A stretch of DNA of 64,000 nt from a bacterium (GTDB taxonomy: Bacteria > CLD3 > SB21). Shown piece by piece: positions 20,101-28,771 of this stretch. Positions within the stretch are counted from its first letter, which is position 1. Each line of letters opens with the position of its first letter. The notes under the pieces are model-generated. The model was not told the DNA's origin. It saw nothing but the letters and a program-made list of their open reading frames with translations, and did no database searches. A program made the translations under genes and the position numbers. The DNA lies in the NCBI GenBank assembly GCA_013360215.1, contig JABWCP010000015.1:1-64000 (forward strand), written 5' to 3'.

Positions 20101-21433
20101 AATCTAAAGTATAAATCAAAATCGGCGATTGGAGCGTATCTTTCTGAAAATAAATCGAAAGGCCTGAGTTAGTATCAGATCGTAAAATGTTAAACTTCAC
20201 ATATCCGTCCAATAAAGAATATGGATTTGAATTTTCTATTGTAAAATAGGATATATTCGAATTTACAGTTGAATATATTTGGACATGATCGGAGGTTGAA
20301 TCAACCGATAGATTTGATTGACTTACAAAAGCTCGGGGCAAAGCGTGTTTTGTAAGCGGTTGATAAATCTGATAACCATAACTTATCGTTGGAGGTGGCG
20401 CAAAAACATCATTGTTGACATGATAATACTGATAAAGCCCTGTAAAATCATTCCATGTAAAAATAAATTTTTCACTTGGGCGAATTTTAAGTCCAAACGT
20501 ATCAATGACATTACGATTATATTCTCGCAGAAGCCCTTGACGCGAATAAACGGCAGAAAAACGATCATCCCAGTCAGTTTCCCCAAATAACACTAAACCG
20601 TTAGTTCGTTGACGCCTAGCAATATCTTGATCATTCCATATTTCTTCTATGGTTGCAAGAGCCTTATTGTCTCTTAGTGTATAAAATACGTTTAGATCGG
20701 GATCAAGTGGGATGATCCCTTTATCTGTGTGAATCAGTGTCACAGCATGTGAGGGAAGACGTGTATTAGGGTCGTGACCAATCCCACCGGAATTCGTACC
20801 CGAATACCCTAAATACTTAAGAATGGAAGAAAGTATCTGTGCCAACTGGTCACATTGGCCGGCACCATAAACATTGTAAGTCCTTAAGGGGTTTATTAAC
20901 CAACTTTGCTCATTAGTACTGGTAACCCAATGAAACATTTCGTTTGTAAGAAATCCCCACACGGCTTTCAATGAATCGTCGCGCGTGCCCAATCCGTGTA
21001 AATCTAGCCGTTTAAGCCAATCGCTAAATTGATAGACGAATCCCTTACCATTTATTTCGATCTGCGGATTTACAATTGTTTCCGACGATGTGTTTTCTAA
21101 TGAAAAACTATAGTTATTCTCAATACCTTGTATACCCGACCTCGTATTATAATAATTAAGCGGGTATCCTTGGTAAAAGAGAGGGTTATGATAAACAATA
21201 CTATGCGTCGAATAACGCCGAGTATTGGATGCATCTATTTTCCCGCCGGCGTCTATGACAACAGTCGTGTCGCTTCCTGTTATTGAATGACGAATTAAAT
21301 GAATCTGACTTTGCAGTAATCTGGTATCAAATAGAAAAGCAATGAACAAAGAAAGTTTTAATATTAATAATACTCTAGAACACCGCATATAGACGCCACA
21401 TAAGAATTTACTTATTTTAAGGTGATTCTTCAT
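17135..21433 (-). CDS. Large secreted protein: transglutaminase-like domain, FN3-like domains, four cadherin/He_PIG-like Ig repeats and a T9SS-type-A-like C-terminal sorting domain
   Basis: Signal peptide; GQCDQLA...SHAVT...LDPD triad; LSPNTTYYWRV...SDWS; four N(H/R)xP(I/V/F)F repeats; LFQNYPNPFNP...IYNILGQKV...ASGIYII...ILLLK tail. Confidence 0.85.
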   Translation of the reverse strand: MKNHLKISKFLCGVYMRCSRVLLILKLSLFIAFLFDTRLLQSQIHLIRHSITGSDTTVVIDAGGKIDASNTRRYSTHSIVYHNPLFYQGYPLNYYNTRSGIQGIENNYSFSLENTSSETIVNPQIEINGKGFVYQFSDWLKRLDLHGLGTRDDSLKAVWGFLTNEMFHWVTSTNEQSWLINPLRTYNVYGAGQCDQLAQILSSILKYLGYSGTNSGGIGHDPNTRLPSHAVTLIHTDKGIIPLDPDLNVFYTLRDNKALATIEEIWNDQDIARRQRTNGLVLFGETDWDDRFSAVYSRQGLLREYNRNVIDTFGLKIRPSEKFIFTWNDFTGLYQYYHVNNDVFAPPPTISYGYQIYQPLTKHALPRAFVSQSNLSVDSTSDHVQIYSTVNSNISYFTIENSNPYSLLDGYVKFNILRSDTNSGLSIYFQKDTLQSPILIYTLDSNLFGLISDSVRLYNFISPVGTPITNKYFIHLEWNSVLDKGLIIDSLSLSSVFQLNPASLPRLNAGINTVRISNDDNKAFNGLVYEHSFFSIDSIEVPPIIDSPIFPLDGGITNSSKFLFQFGLPSGMNLFEISDFHIQVSEDSLFRFPVSSHYNQMTSQYNVHGTTNQFEVPHEGLLSPNTTYYWRVATRSKDGVYSDWSPAWRFQVQIPDVVKNLRLAASTNGINILWDINSSGSLPTKYYIYGSNIRGFSVSDQTLIDSTDTNRFTISDYLKKLSFSFYRVISVDDNGNKSGPSDLIGLENVGVLFNNEISFDYSDSIKIQLRPITLIDRWGSQQGYRQFEYLDSVKISPISFPKTMSFTDSAITGYAKLWRDTSIEFRVTSSKLDTVYHIKLNPTFPSNRTPFFGAVPDSNLYEDSLYQCKITVADSDSVYGDTTILELLFKPSWMTFDPASMIVYGTPTAYNVGDTSFSMLVTDLQGATNVQTQSIRVHHTNHAPIFGSIPVQTAKEDSQFVIRIYAHDVDSMFFGDELRYFMLNGPSWLIIDSVTGYLTGIPDAYDAGENHVVVEAYDQKGGRDSLVFSINVLHTNHPPVFVSNPDTIALEDEVYNYTAYAYDQDSLLFNDKIKYRLVIGPHWLTMDSISGVLQGIPDGYSVGDTTVLLEATDGFVTIQQSFELKIVHVNHAPIFLSSTDSVAKVDSLYRFQLYAFDKDSFLFNDILRYRLFDGPDWMTIDSVSGVIIGVPSESDIGKHLVIAEAYDRNGSSSEVEWAVTVGRAFRPPTAFALENPTHQDTLTLFKTPLMRTFTWSKANDPDSQDTLLYHFRIYGPGLDTVFHGIKDTNVTFSGIVFQENSKYYWTVKVFDGMFTVSSIDTFYFHTTKRFSNQTFEELPKSFELFQNYPNPFNPNTILRFQVPEESEVILDIYNILGQKVQRIYKGRLPAKYFEIDWKAEGKASGIYIIRMEAIGKISGRRYIKSRRILLLK
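17765..18895 (-). repeat. Four tandem ~94-aa Ig/cadherin-like repeats within the large secreted protein
   Basis: Repeat starts NRTPFF (~18895), NHAPIF (~18613), NHPPVF (~18328) and NHAPIF (~18046), a 282-285 nt period; shared DxD, P-x-W-(L/M) and G-x-P motifs. Confidence 0.85.
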
Positions 21434-21537
21434 ATAGCTTTATTGCGACAACAAACCGGATGAATAACGGGCATAACAAATCACATATAGTTTTATATGT
21501 TAAGATAATAAAGAACCTCCGAGGAAGATACTGATAT

Positions 21538-22833
21538 TTATGCATCATTCTTCCGTTGCTCTATAATTTTTTGAAATAACGTATGTAGTTTTTGATAGTG
21601 AACCTCTGGTGAATAATGCTCCAAAGCCCATTTATATGAATTTTTACTCATGTAATCTTGAGTTTCAACATTTCCATAGAATTTCTTGATTACCTGAGCC
21701 AGGTCTTTTCCGTCACCTACAGAAAAAAGTAACCCATTATATCCATCAACAACAAGTTCTGGCATACTACCGATATTAGATGCTATTACCGGCAACCCAA
21801 GCGCTTGAGCCTCGATAAGACTATTGGGCATATTATCAAAACATATAGATGGAACAACAGCAACATCTGCAATGGCTACTTTATGAAAAAGCTCTCTTTT
21901 CTCCATATAAGGAATATATTGAATATTGAAAAGTTTGTTTTTTTTAATCATAGACAAAACTTTTTCTACATAATTCTTCTCTCCGCCCCCTATAAGCAAC
22001 AGATTGCATGTAAATTTTTCATTTTGGAGATAAATAATAGATTGTATTAGGGTTTCAATACCTTTTTCATAGGATATACGACCCCAATAGACGATTGTTC
22101 TTTTTGAAAGGTTTAATGAATCCCTTTTCTTTCCCAATTCAAACACATTAGGATCTACGAATGTAGGTAAATGCCTGAATGAATGGGAATTAAAACGACT
22201 ATTCATTTGAAACTTCGATATTGTATGTAGCGATGGACTCACAATGAAATCAATTTTATTTTGAAATTTTCTTATAAAATTAAATTGATATGCTACATAA
22301 TTGATAATACTCGCCACTCTTGAGTTCTTAACACATTTATATACTACACTATTCAATAAGTTCTCTTGACATAATTCACAAACAACGTTATTTCGGGTAA
22401 AACTACTCTCGGGGCAAATCAAAGCAAAATCAGAGAGGCGAACTACGACTGGAACATCCAAATCAAAACAAGCATCAATCACAGAGGGAGACATTTTTCT
22501 TAAAAAATGAAACACATAAGCCACATCAGGTTTGGCATCGTTAATTAGCTTTGAGAGTTTGTCGTAAACGTGGATACTAAAGAACTGACGCTCTAAAAGA
22601 GAAAAAACAGATTTGAAATTTCTTTCTATTTCATCATAGTAAAAATGAGGTTGATCGCCACCAGGCGGATCCGGAAAATACTTTTCATAAACTGTTGATT
22701 TGTTTTTCGCAAAACGAAGCGAAAACGGGATTACTTCATGGCCTTTTTTTTCTAATAACTCCTGAATGTTAAACAGATAACGTTCGGCTCCGCCTGCTTC
22801 GAAATATCTGTAATTTATCAAAAGAATTTTCAC
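21538..22833 (-). CDS. Glycosyltransferase family 4
   Basis: GGAERY, GRISYEKG, PSICFDNMPNSLIEAQALGLPVIASNIG. Confidence 0.92.
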   Translation of the reverse strand: MKILLINYRYFEAGGAERYLFNIQELLEKKGHEVIPFSLRFAKNKSTVYEKYFPDPPGGDQPHFYYDEIERNFKSVFSLLERQFFSIHVYDKLSKLINDAKPDVAYVFHFLRKMSPSVIDACFDLDVPVVVRLSDFALICPESSFTRNNVVCELCQENLLNSVVYKCVKNSRVASIINYVAYQFNFIRKFQNKIDFIVSPSLHTISKFQMNSRFNSHSFRHLPTFVDPNVFELGKKRDSLNLSKRTIVYWGRISYEKGIETLIQSIIYLQNEKFTCNLLLIGGGEKNYVEKVLSMIKKNKLFNIQYIPYMEKRELFHKVAIADVAVVPSICFDNMPNSLIEAQALGLPVIASNIGSMPELVVDGYNGLLFSVGDGKDLAQVIKKFYGNVETQDYMSKNSYKWALEHYSPEVHYQKLHTLFQKIIEQRKNDA

Positions 22834-23000
22834 GATTATTGCACAATGATAGTATTATATTATATTATGATAAGTGAATAGTATACTACTATTCAAACAT
22901 AAGAACAATATACACAAGTTGGAATACAGTATGAATTGAATGTAAATTGGCTCACGGAAGGAAAACAGCTGAATACTATATCAAAATTGTCAACACGAAC

Positions 23001-24095
23001 CTAATTATGATCCAACAATTCCACATATTTATCCGTTATTGTGTCCCAAGAATAATACTTTTTTACAATAAATTTTGTCCGTTCGCGTTCAATTTCAATT
23101 TTATCTTCAGCATTTATATAAAAACGAAGTTTTTCCGCCAATTGATTAACATTGCCGGTCTCAAAAGTTGCGCATGATCCTTTAAGCACTTCCTCGTTTT
23201 CTGGAAGATTGCTAACAAGTGCAAATCCGTTAATAGCCATAGCACTCAGTAACGAGGGGGATGTACCTTCAAGTAGTGAAGCAGAGACATAAAATAAAGC
23301 TTTATGCAACAAGGATTCGTATTCTTCCCCATAGATAAAACCTGTAAAAACAATTCGATTACCGCCTTTTGAATGCAATGATTGAACGTATTTTTTATCA
23401 GTCTCATTCCCACCAACGATTACTAGTTTCTTATCCGTTGTAACTTGTTCAAAAGCTTGTATAAGAAGATCAATGCCTTTTTCTTTTACAAAACGCCCGA
23501 TAAATATAATGTAGCCCCTCTCACACAAACCGTATTTACCAAGAAAACGAGAATCGTAGATAGAAAGTTGATTAGCTCCATAAGGAATATAAACAGGATT
23601 CCTTTTGAAGCGCTGTTGATAATCTAAAGCTAATTTTTCATTGTCAACGATGTAAAGTGAAGAAAAATAAACCGCAAAATACCGATTTACGCTTAGATAC
23701 TTTTTAGCAAAAAAAGGCCATTTCGCTCTTTCCCAATCGGCTCCATCAACAACCGCAATAACTGGCACTCCTCGCAACCTTAAGAACGGGATGAAAATAG
23801 AATTACCTATCCCATACAAAATGACGTAATCAACTTTCTCAAAAAAAATTTGAACCGTTGATAAAGCAGTGTGGGTAATAGTATCAAAAAATTTACTTTT
23901 GATTGAGGGTAGATGCTTTAGTCGAACACCATTAAACGATTGTTTCTTTACCCGATAATGGTTACGTCGACAGTGAACCACGACATCAAAACCTTTGTTC
24001 ACAAGGCGAATAGATGTCTCCTGAATTGATGTCTCAAACCCGCTGTACGAAGCCGGAATACCTCGAGACCCGATAATAACAATAGTTTTTCTCAT
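23001..24095 (-). CDS. Glycosyltransferase family 4 (DUF1972-type N-terminus)
   Basis: IIGSRGIPASYSGFET, DGADWERAKW, IPYGA, GRFVKEKG, EGTSPSLL; likely start ATG 24095. Confidence 0.88.
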   Translation of the reverse strand: MRKTIVIIGSRGIPASYSGFETSIQETSIRLVNKGFDVVVHCRRNHYRVKKQSFNGVRLKHLPSIKSKFFDTITHTALSTVQIFFEKVDYVILYGIGNSIFIPFLRLRGVPVIAVVDGADWERAKWPFFAKKYLSVNRYFAVYFSSLYIVDNEKLALDYQQRFKRNPVYIPYGANQLSIYDSRFLGKYGLCERGYIIFIGRFVKEKGIDLLIQAFEQVTTDKKLVIVGGNETDKKYVQSLHSKGGNRIVFTGFIYGEEYESLLHKALFYVSASLLEGTSPSLLSAMAINGFALVSNLPENEEVLKGSCATFETGNVNQLAEKLRFYINAEDKIEIERERTKFIVKKYYSWDTITDKYVELLDHN

Positions 24096-24103
24096 TGTTT
24101 CTT

Positions 24104-25000
24104 TTACAAAAAATTTTGATAGTAGTCTGCTATATATTCCTTTAAAGCTACCTGCCAATCACGCATTATGTTAAGTTTTTTTAGATTCAATTTTTTATCA
24201 ATCAATCTTTCACTGGGCGGACGTTCAGCAAAATATTCCGTTTTGAAATAGTCAGAACTAACAGAAGTGATCTTTACTTCTTTTTCTAAACCCAAAATCG
24301 TTAACAATTCAGTCGCAACCTCAAGTCGGCTAGTCAGTCCACCACATACCATGTTATACAGTCCCCAATATTCTTTTTCTAGAAGTAACTTAACATTTTT
24401 AGCAAAATCATGTGTATAAGTAGGAGTTCCATCCCTATCGTTAACAATAAACAACTCTTTTTTCCCATTTTTTAGCTGATTCATTATTTTCTGAATAAAT
24501 TTCTTATCTTTTTTTGGTCCGCCTCCCATCATCCAACCCGCTCTGCATATCAAATGTTGCCTTACATTTTCTTTTACGAACTGCTCGCCTGCATATTTGG
24601 AACGGGCATAGTGCCCTAAGGGATTAGGCAAATCCCAATCATCATAAAGTTCTTTTTTTCCATCAAATATTCCTGCTGTACTAATATATAGCAAGGGAAT
24701 GTTCAAACGATTTGCAATATATACCGCGTTTTCAACCGATATTGTATTTGTGATATATGTTTCATCCGGATGTTTTTCACAATATTCCAAATCGGTAAAT
24801 GCACCTAAGTGGAATAAGTAGTTGGATCTGAAAGATTCGACATCAGCTCCGTATGAATCAATATCACGAAAGTCGCAATACGTGATCCATGGTTCATTCA
24901 CATCAATATCAGAGCATCGCAGTTCATATTCTGATTTGAATTGTTTATAAAAAGCTTCTCCTAGCATTCCACCGCAGCCGGCAATATAAATTTTTTTCAT
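24104..25000 (-). CDS. RmlD-like NAD(P)-dependent nucleotide-sugar 4-ketoreductase
   Basis: GCGGMLG, YIST, FDG, PNPLGHYARSK (YxxxK), GTPTY and AERP; likely start ATG 25000. Confidence 0.8.
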   Translation of the reverse strand: MKKIYIAGCGGMLGEAFYKQFKSEYELRCSDIDVNEPWITYCDFRDIDSYGADVESFRSNYLFHLGAFTDLEYCEKHPDETYITNTISVENAVYIANRLNIPLLYISTAGIFDGKKELYDDWDLPNPLGHYARSKYAGEQFVKENVRQHLICRAGWMMGGGPKKDKKFIQKIMNQLKNGKKELFIVNDRDGTPTYTHDFAKNVKLLLEKEYWGLYNMVCGGLTSRLEVATELLTILGLEKEVKITSVSSDYFKTEYFAERPPSERLIDKKLNLKKLNIMRDWQVALKEYIADYYQNFL

Positions 25001-25056
25001 AAGAAGAATAAATTGAATTAAATGTTTAGGCAACCAACTGGATTTTACTTATACGC

Positions 25057-26916
25057 TTATTCTGAAGTACTTGATAACATTGCAAGAAGCCATACTTTTG
25101 TTGAAATATTTGTCTGATCAAGAGAATGAATCAATGGACCAATTTCATTTTGGAATATTAGATGTGACTGATCTAACACTGAAATTTTGTCATATAATGC
25201 TCTCATTGAAAGCCCCCAAAATCGTTCGCTATCAGGAACACTGAACCCTCGTTTTTTCTGATTTAGAAGCTGTTTTGGAAGTAATTGACCGGTCGTTTTC
25301 CTAAGAATTTCTTTCCTACGAAATCCATTTAATTTGATAGAAGATTTCACAGTAGATGTGAGTTCGATTAGGCGGTGATCAAGGAATGGTAACCTCGTTT
25401 CTAAAGAATGTGCCATAGATGCTCGATCTACTTTGGTCAACATATCGTCACTTAATGCCACTTTAATGAGCCAATAATTTAATTGATTAAATGAGCTGAG
25501 GTGCATTACAGGTCGCAGGGTATCTTCGATATATTCCCTTGCAGGTCTAACGGTTTTATCTCCATTGAATATAATATTTCGTTCATGTTGCGTAAATCCA
25601 ATTTGTTTTGAAATGAGGCGATCAACAAACCCCATCCTCGCACTTGCAATTATCTTTTTATAACGTTTAATGTTCTTGTTTAGTTTTTCTGGAAAAACGA
25701 CTTGAGAAGAAAAATTAAAGAGAAATTCAAAGCTATGCTGAAAATAGTGTGGGAAACTTTGATAAATATTACTAAATTTCTCACCTTGATGAATGGTATA
25801 GCCATTTAGCACTTCATCACCACCATCTCCGGTCAGAACCATGGTAACTTTAGAACGTGCCATTTTACTGACAGCGTATGTTGGGATCGCAGAGGTGTCT
25901 CCAAAAGGTTCGTCATAACAAAAAGCCAATTTCTTTATTAGAATTTCAACATCATCCGGTTCTACAACATATTCATTGTGACTCGTTCTAAATTTATCTG
26001 CAACCAATCGAGCAAGATATCGTTCATCAAATCTACTATCGTTATACCCTATTGTACATGTAGTAATAGGAACTGTCGAGTTTTGGCTCATTACGGCAAC
26101 AACAGAACTCGAATCCATCCCGCCACTCAAGAAAGCTCCAAACGGGACATCGCTTCGCATTCTGATTTTGACAGAATCATTGAATATATCATCAAATTCC
26201 TTCAAAATTGCTATCTCGTCATCTCGAGCATCTTTATCATCAAGTAAAGTTAAATCCCAATACGGATTGATGGTAATTTTTCCTGATTCATACAGAAGAT
26301 AGTGGGCTGCCGGGAGCTTATATATGCCTTGAAAAAAAGTTTGGGGTGCTGGTATATAAGTAAAACAAAGGTAAGCATCCAAAACTTCACGATTAATTCT
26401 TTTTTTAAGCCCGTAAGCCAAAACAGCTTTTATTTCGGATCCAAATATAAAACTTTCATCTGCCAAGGTATAAAAGAATGGTTTTTCTCCTACCCTGTCA
26501 CGAGCACAAAATAATCGTTGTTTGTATCCATCCCAAAGGGCAAAGGACCACATCCCATTAAAATGTTGAAGGCAGTCTATGCCCCATTGCTGATAGGCGC
26601 AGAGCGCAACCTCCGTATCGGATGTTGTTTTAAATGTGTGCCCTAATTTCTTTAATTCATCTTTTAACTCTAAATAATTATAAATTTCACCATTGAAAAT
26701 CAGGCATAATCTCCTATCAGCGCTAAAAACCGGCTGCCCTCCTGTTTTCAAATCAATAATTGATAAACGACGGTGGCCAAGAGCTATATTCTTATTTACA
26801 AAAAAACCCTCACCGTCTGGACCTCTGTGAAAAAGTGTATCAGACATTCGTTTCAGTTTTTTTTGGCACGCCTCACGATTAATATCGTGGTGAATATAGC
26901 CTGTAATTCCGCACAT
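25057..26916 (-). CDS. asnB: Asparagine synthase-like glutamine amidotransferase (probably glycan amidation)
   Basis: N-terminal MCGI, HRGPDG, HRRLSIID, FNGEIYN, SGGMDSS, GDGGDE, RLPFLD. Confidence 0.93.
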   Translation of the reverse strand: MCGITGYIHHDINREACQKKLKRMSDTLFHRGPDGEGFFVNKNIALGHRRLSIIDLKTGGQPVFSADRRLCLIFNGEIYNYLELKDELKKLGHTFKTTSDTEVALCAYQQWGIDCLQHFNGMWSFALWDGYKQRLFCARDRVGEKPFFYTLADESFIFGSEIKAVLAYGLKKRINREVLDAYLCFTYIPAPQTFFQGIYKLPAAHYLLYESGKITINPYWDLTLLDDKDARDDEIAILKEFDDIFNDSVKIRMRSDVPFGAFLSGGMDSSSVVAVMSQNSTVPITTCTIGYNDSRFDERYLARLVADKFRTSHNEYVVEPDDVEILIKKLAFCYDEPFGDTSAIPTYAVSKMARSKVTMVLTGDGGDEVLNGYTIHQGEKFSNIYQSFPHYFQHSFEFLFNFSSQVVFPEKLNKNIKRYKKIIASARMGFVDRLISKQIGFTQHERNIIFNGDKTVRPAREYIEDTLRPVMHLSSFNQLNYWLIKVALSDDMLTKVDRASMAHSLETRLPFLDHRLIELTSTVKSSIKLNGFRRKEILRKTTGQLLPKQLLNQKKRGFSVPDSERFWGLSMRALYDKISVLDQSHLIFQNEIGPLIHSLDQTNISTKVWLLAMLSSTSE

Positions 26917-26918
26917 AT

Positions 26919-28139
26919 TTATTGTTCTTTAATACAAGTATGAATAAACCGATCCATAGCTTCACAGTGATTCGTGTAATCGAAAAACTTGATGCAGGAC
27001 TCTTTGCTTTTTTTTGCTATTAGTAACGCCTTATCATAATTTTCAGCAATAAACAACATCTTTTTCCCAATAGACTCACTATCCTCGGATTCTGCAAATA
27101 CTATATCTATTTCCGCCTGAAAATAAAGGTCAATATCGCCAACACGAGTAGCAATAATAGGCTTGCCGGTCAAACAATATTCTCCGAGCTTCCATGGAAA
27201 TCCATATTTTGCGAAATCAGATTTAGTTCTGCATACCAGTAACATTGATGAAGAGTCTTGAAGCACAGCAAGTTCTTTTCGAGACACAAACCCTCTATAT
27301 TCGATGGCAGCGGAACAATCTTGCTTTTCTATAAGCGATTGAATACTAGCAAATTGATCTGCATGTACAGGTTTACCTGTAAGTATTAACCTTGAGGATG
27401 AATATATCTTGTTAAACAAACAAAATCCTTTTAGGATATATTGAACCCCGTCTTTTTCACCAAAAGTACCACTATATAATACTCGTATTTCTGAAGGATT
27501 TACTCTATCAGATAATGTTTGGTCAGGTTTCGAAGAATCCACAAGTATCGGCAAAAGTAGAATCGGAATATGAGGATTGCGTTCCGAATAATATTTCTGC
27601 AGCAAAGTTGATATTACGATTATTCCTTCCGACACCTTTGGTGTTAAATTTTCTGTCAACCAACTACCTGCTTTCCTAAGAACATTTTTTCTCTCGTCTT
27701 TGTAATACAAAGTCATTCGTTCACACGCTTCTAAAATCAGCGTCACCCCTCTAATTTTACATGCCAGTATAACCAAAAGGTACTCTAAAGTGTCCGGGCT
27801 ATACAAAATGACATAGTTAAGTTTTTTTTGGCGCGACCGATAAACAATCAACCCTGCCGCTTTTATTATAAAAGCAATTGTTTGAAAAAACTGAAATGCT
27901 GCAAATTTTGTCCTCATATAATCACTTAATAAAACTAAATAAGGCACAATTTTTTTTTCTTTCAAATGCTCATGACTTACAATCTGTTTCTTTTTAATCG
28001 CACTGTGCGGAACAACCAAATAAGCTATATGGCCACTTGCACGTAGCATCTTGACAATCATAGCTGCACGCTCACTGGCAGCATCACCTTCAGGGTATTT
28101 TACGGTTGCAAATACAAAACCGTATTTTGGTTGACTCAT
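26919..28139 (-). CDS. Glycosyltransferase family 4
   Basis: YPEGDAAS, YSGTFGEKDG, GFPWKLGEYCLTGKPIIATRVGD. Confidence 0.88.
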   Translation of the reverse strand: MSQPKYGFVFATVKYPEGDAASERAAMIVKMLRASGHIAYLVVPHSAIKKKQIVSHEHLKEKKIVPYLVLLSDYMRTKFAAFQFFQTIAFIIKAAGLIVYRSRQKKLNYVILYSPDTLEYLLVILACKIRGVTLILEACERMTLYYKDERKNVLRKAGSWLTENLTPKVSEGIIVISTLLQKYYSERNPHIPILLLPILVDSSKPDQTLSDRVNPSEIRVLYSGTFGEKDGVQYILKGFCLFNKIYSSSRLILTGKPVHADQFASIQSLIEKQDCSAAIEYRGFVSRKELAVLQDSSSMLLVCRTKSDFAKYGFPWKLGEYCLTGKPIIATRVGDIDLYFQAEIDIVFAESEDSESIGKKMLFIAENYDKALLIAKKSKESCIKFFDYTNHCEAMDRFIHTCIKEQ

Positions 28140-28141
28140 AT

Positions 28142-28771
28142 TTATTCTTTAAGTTTGCTGATAAACCGTGCAGGGTTTCCGGCCCATATCTCCTCAGGAG
28201 GAATATCCTTTGAAACAATTGAACCGGCGCCTACAATGCTCTTAGAACCAATCGAAACTCCTTTTAAAATAATACTGTTAGCGCCGATAAAAACACCATC
28301 GGCTATTCGAATTGGCTTGGACGACACGCCGGCAGAAGTTCCATATTCTAATTCAATCTTTCTCTGATCAAAACGCAGTGAATGAAAGTCCGTGTCCCAT
28401 ATAAAGCAATTCCCACCGATCATAACATGATCACCAATTTCAATATACTGCGATGCATAAATAGAAATTCCTGAAAATCCACAAAAATCGCCAATTTTCA
28501 AAAATGCGTTTTTGCCCGCTATAATGGAGCACTCCTTGATTATTCCCATATAATTGTAGTGGGTAGAATTTACTAATGTCAATTGCTTACCTATTTCCAT
28601 TTTTCCACTGAGACTACAATAAAAAAACGGAATACCACCTCGAGACCTAAAACCATCTCCAACTTTAATCATGGGAAATCGAAGCCGGAGCCAAAATCTA
28701 GAAATAATAGAATAATACCAACAAATTAAGTTCCCCAAAACGATTTTTGCTTCACCTAGACTTAACTTCAT
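28142..28771 (-). CDS. Hexapeptide-repeat (LbH) O-acyltransferase
   Basis: IGDHVMIGGNC, DTDFH, IADGVFIGANSIILKGVSIG, WAGNPA; likely start ATG 28771. Confidence 0.88.
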   Translation of the reverse strand: MKLSLGEAKIVLGNLICWYYSIISRFWLRLRFPMIKVGDGFRSRGGIPFFYCSLSGKMEIGKQLTLVNSTHYNYMGIIKECSIIAGKNAFLKIGDFCGFSGISIYASQYIEIGDHVMIGGNCFIWDTDFHSLRFDQRKIELEYGTSAGVSSKPIRIADGVFIGANSIILKGVSIGSKSIVGAGSIVSKDIPPEEIWAGNPARFISKLKE

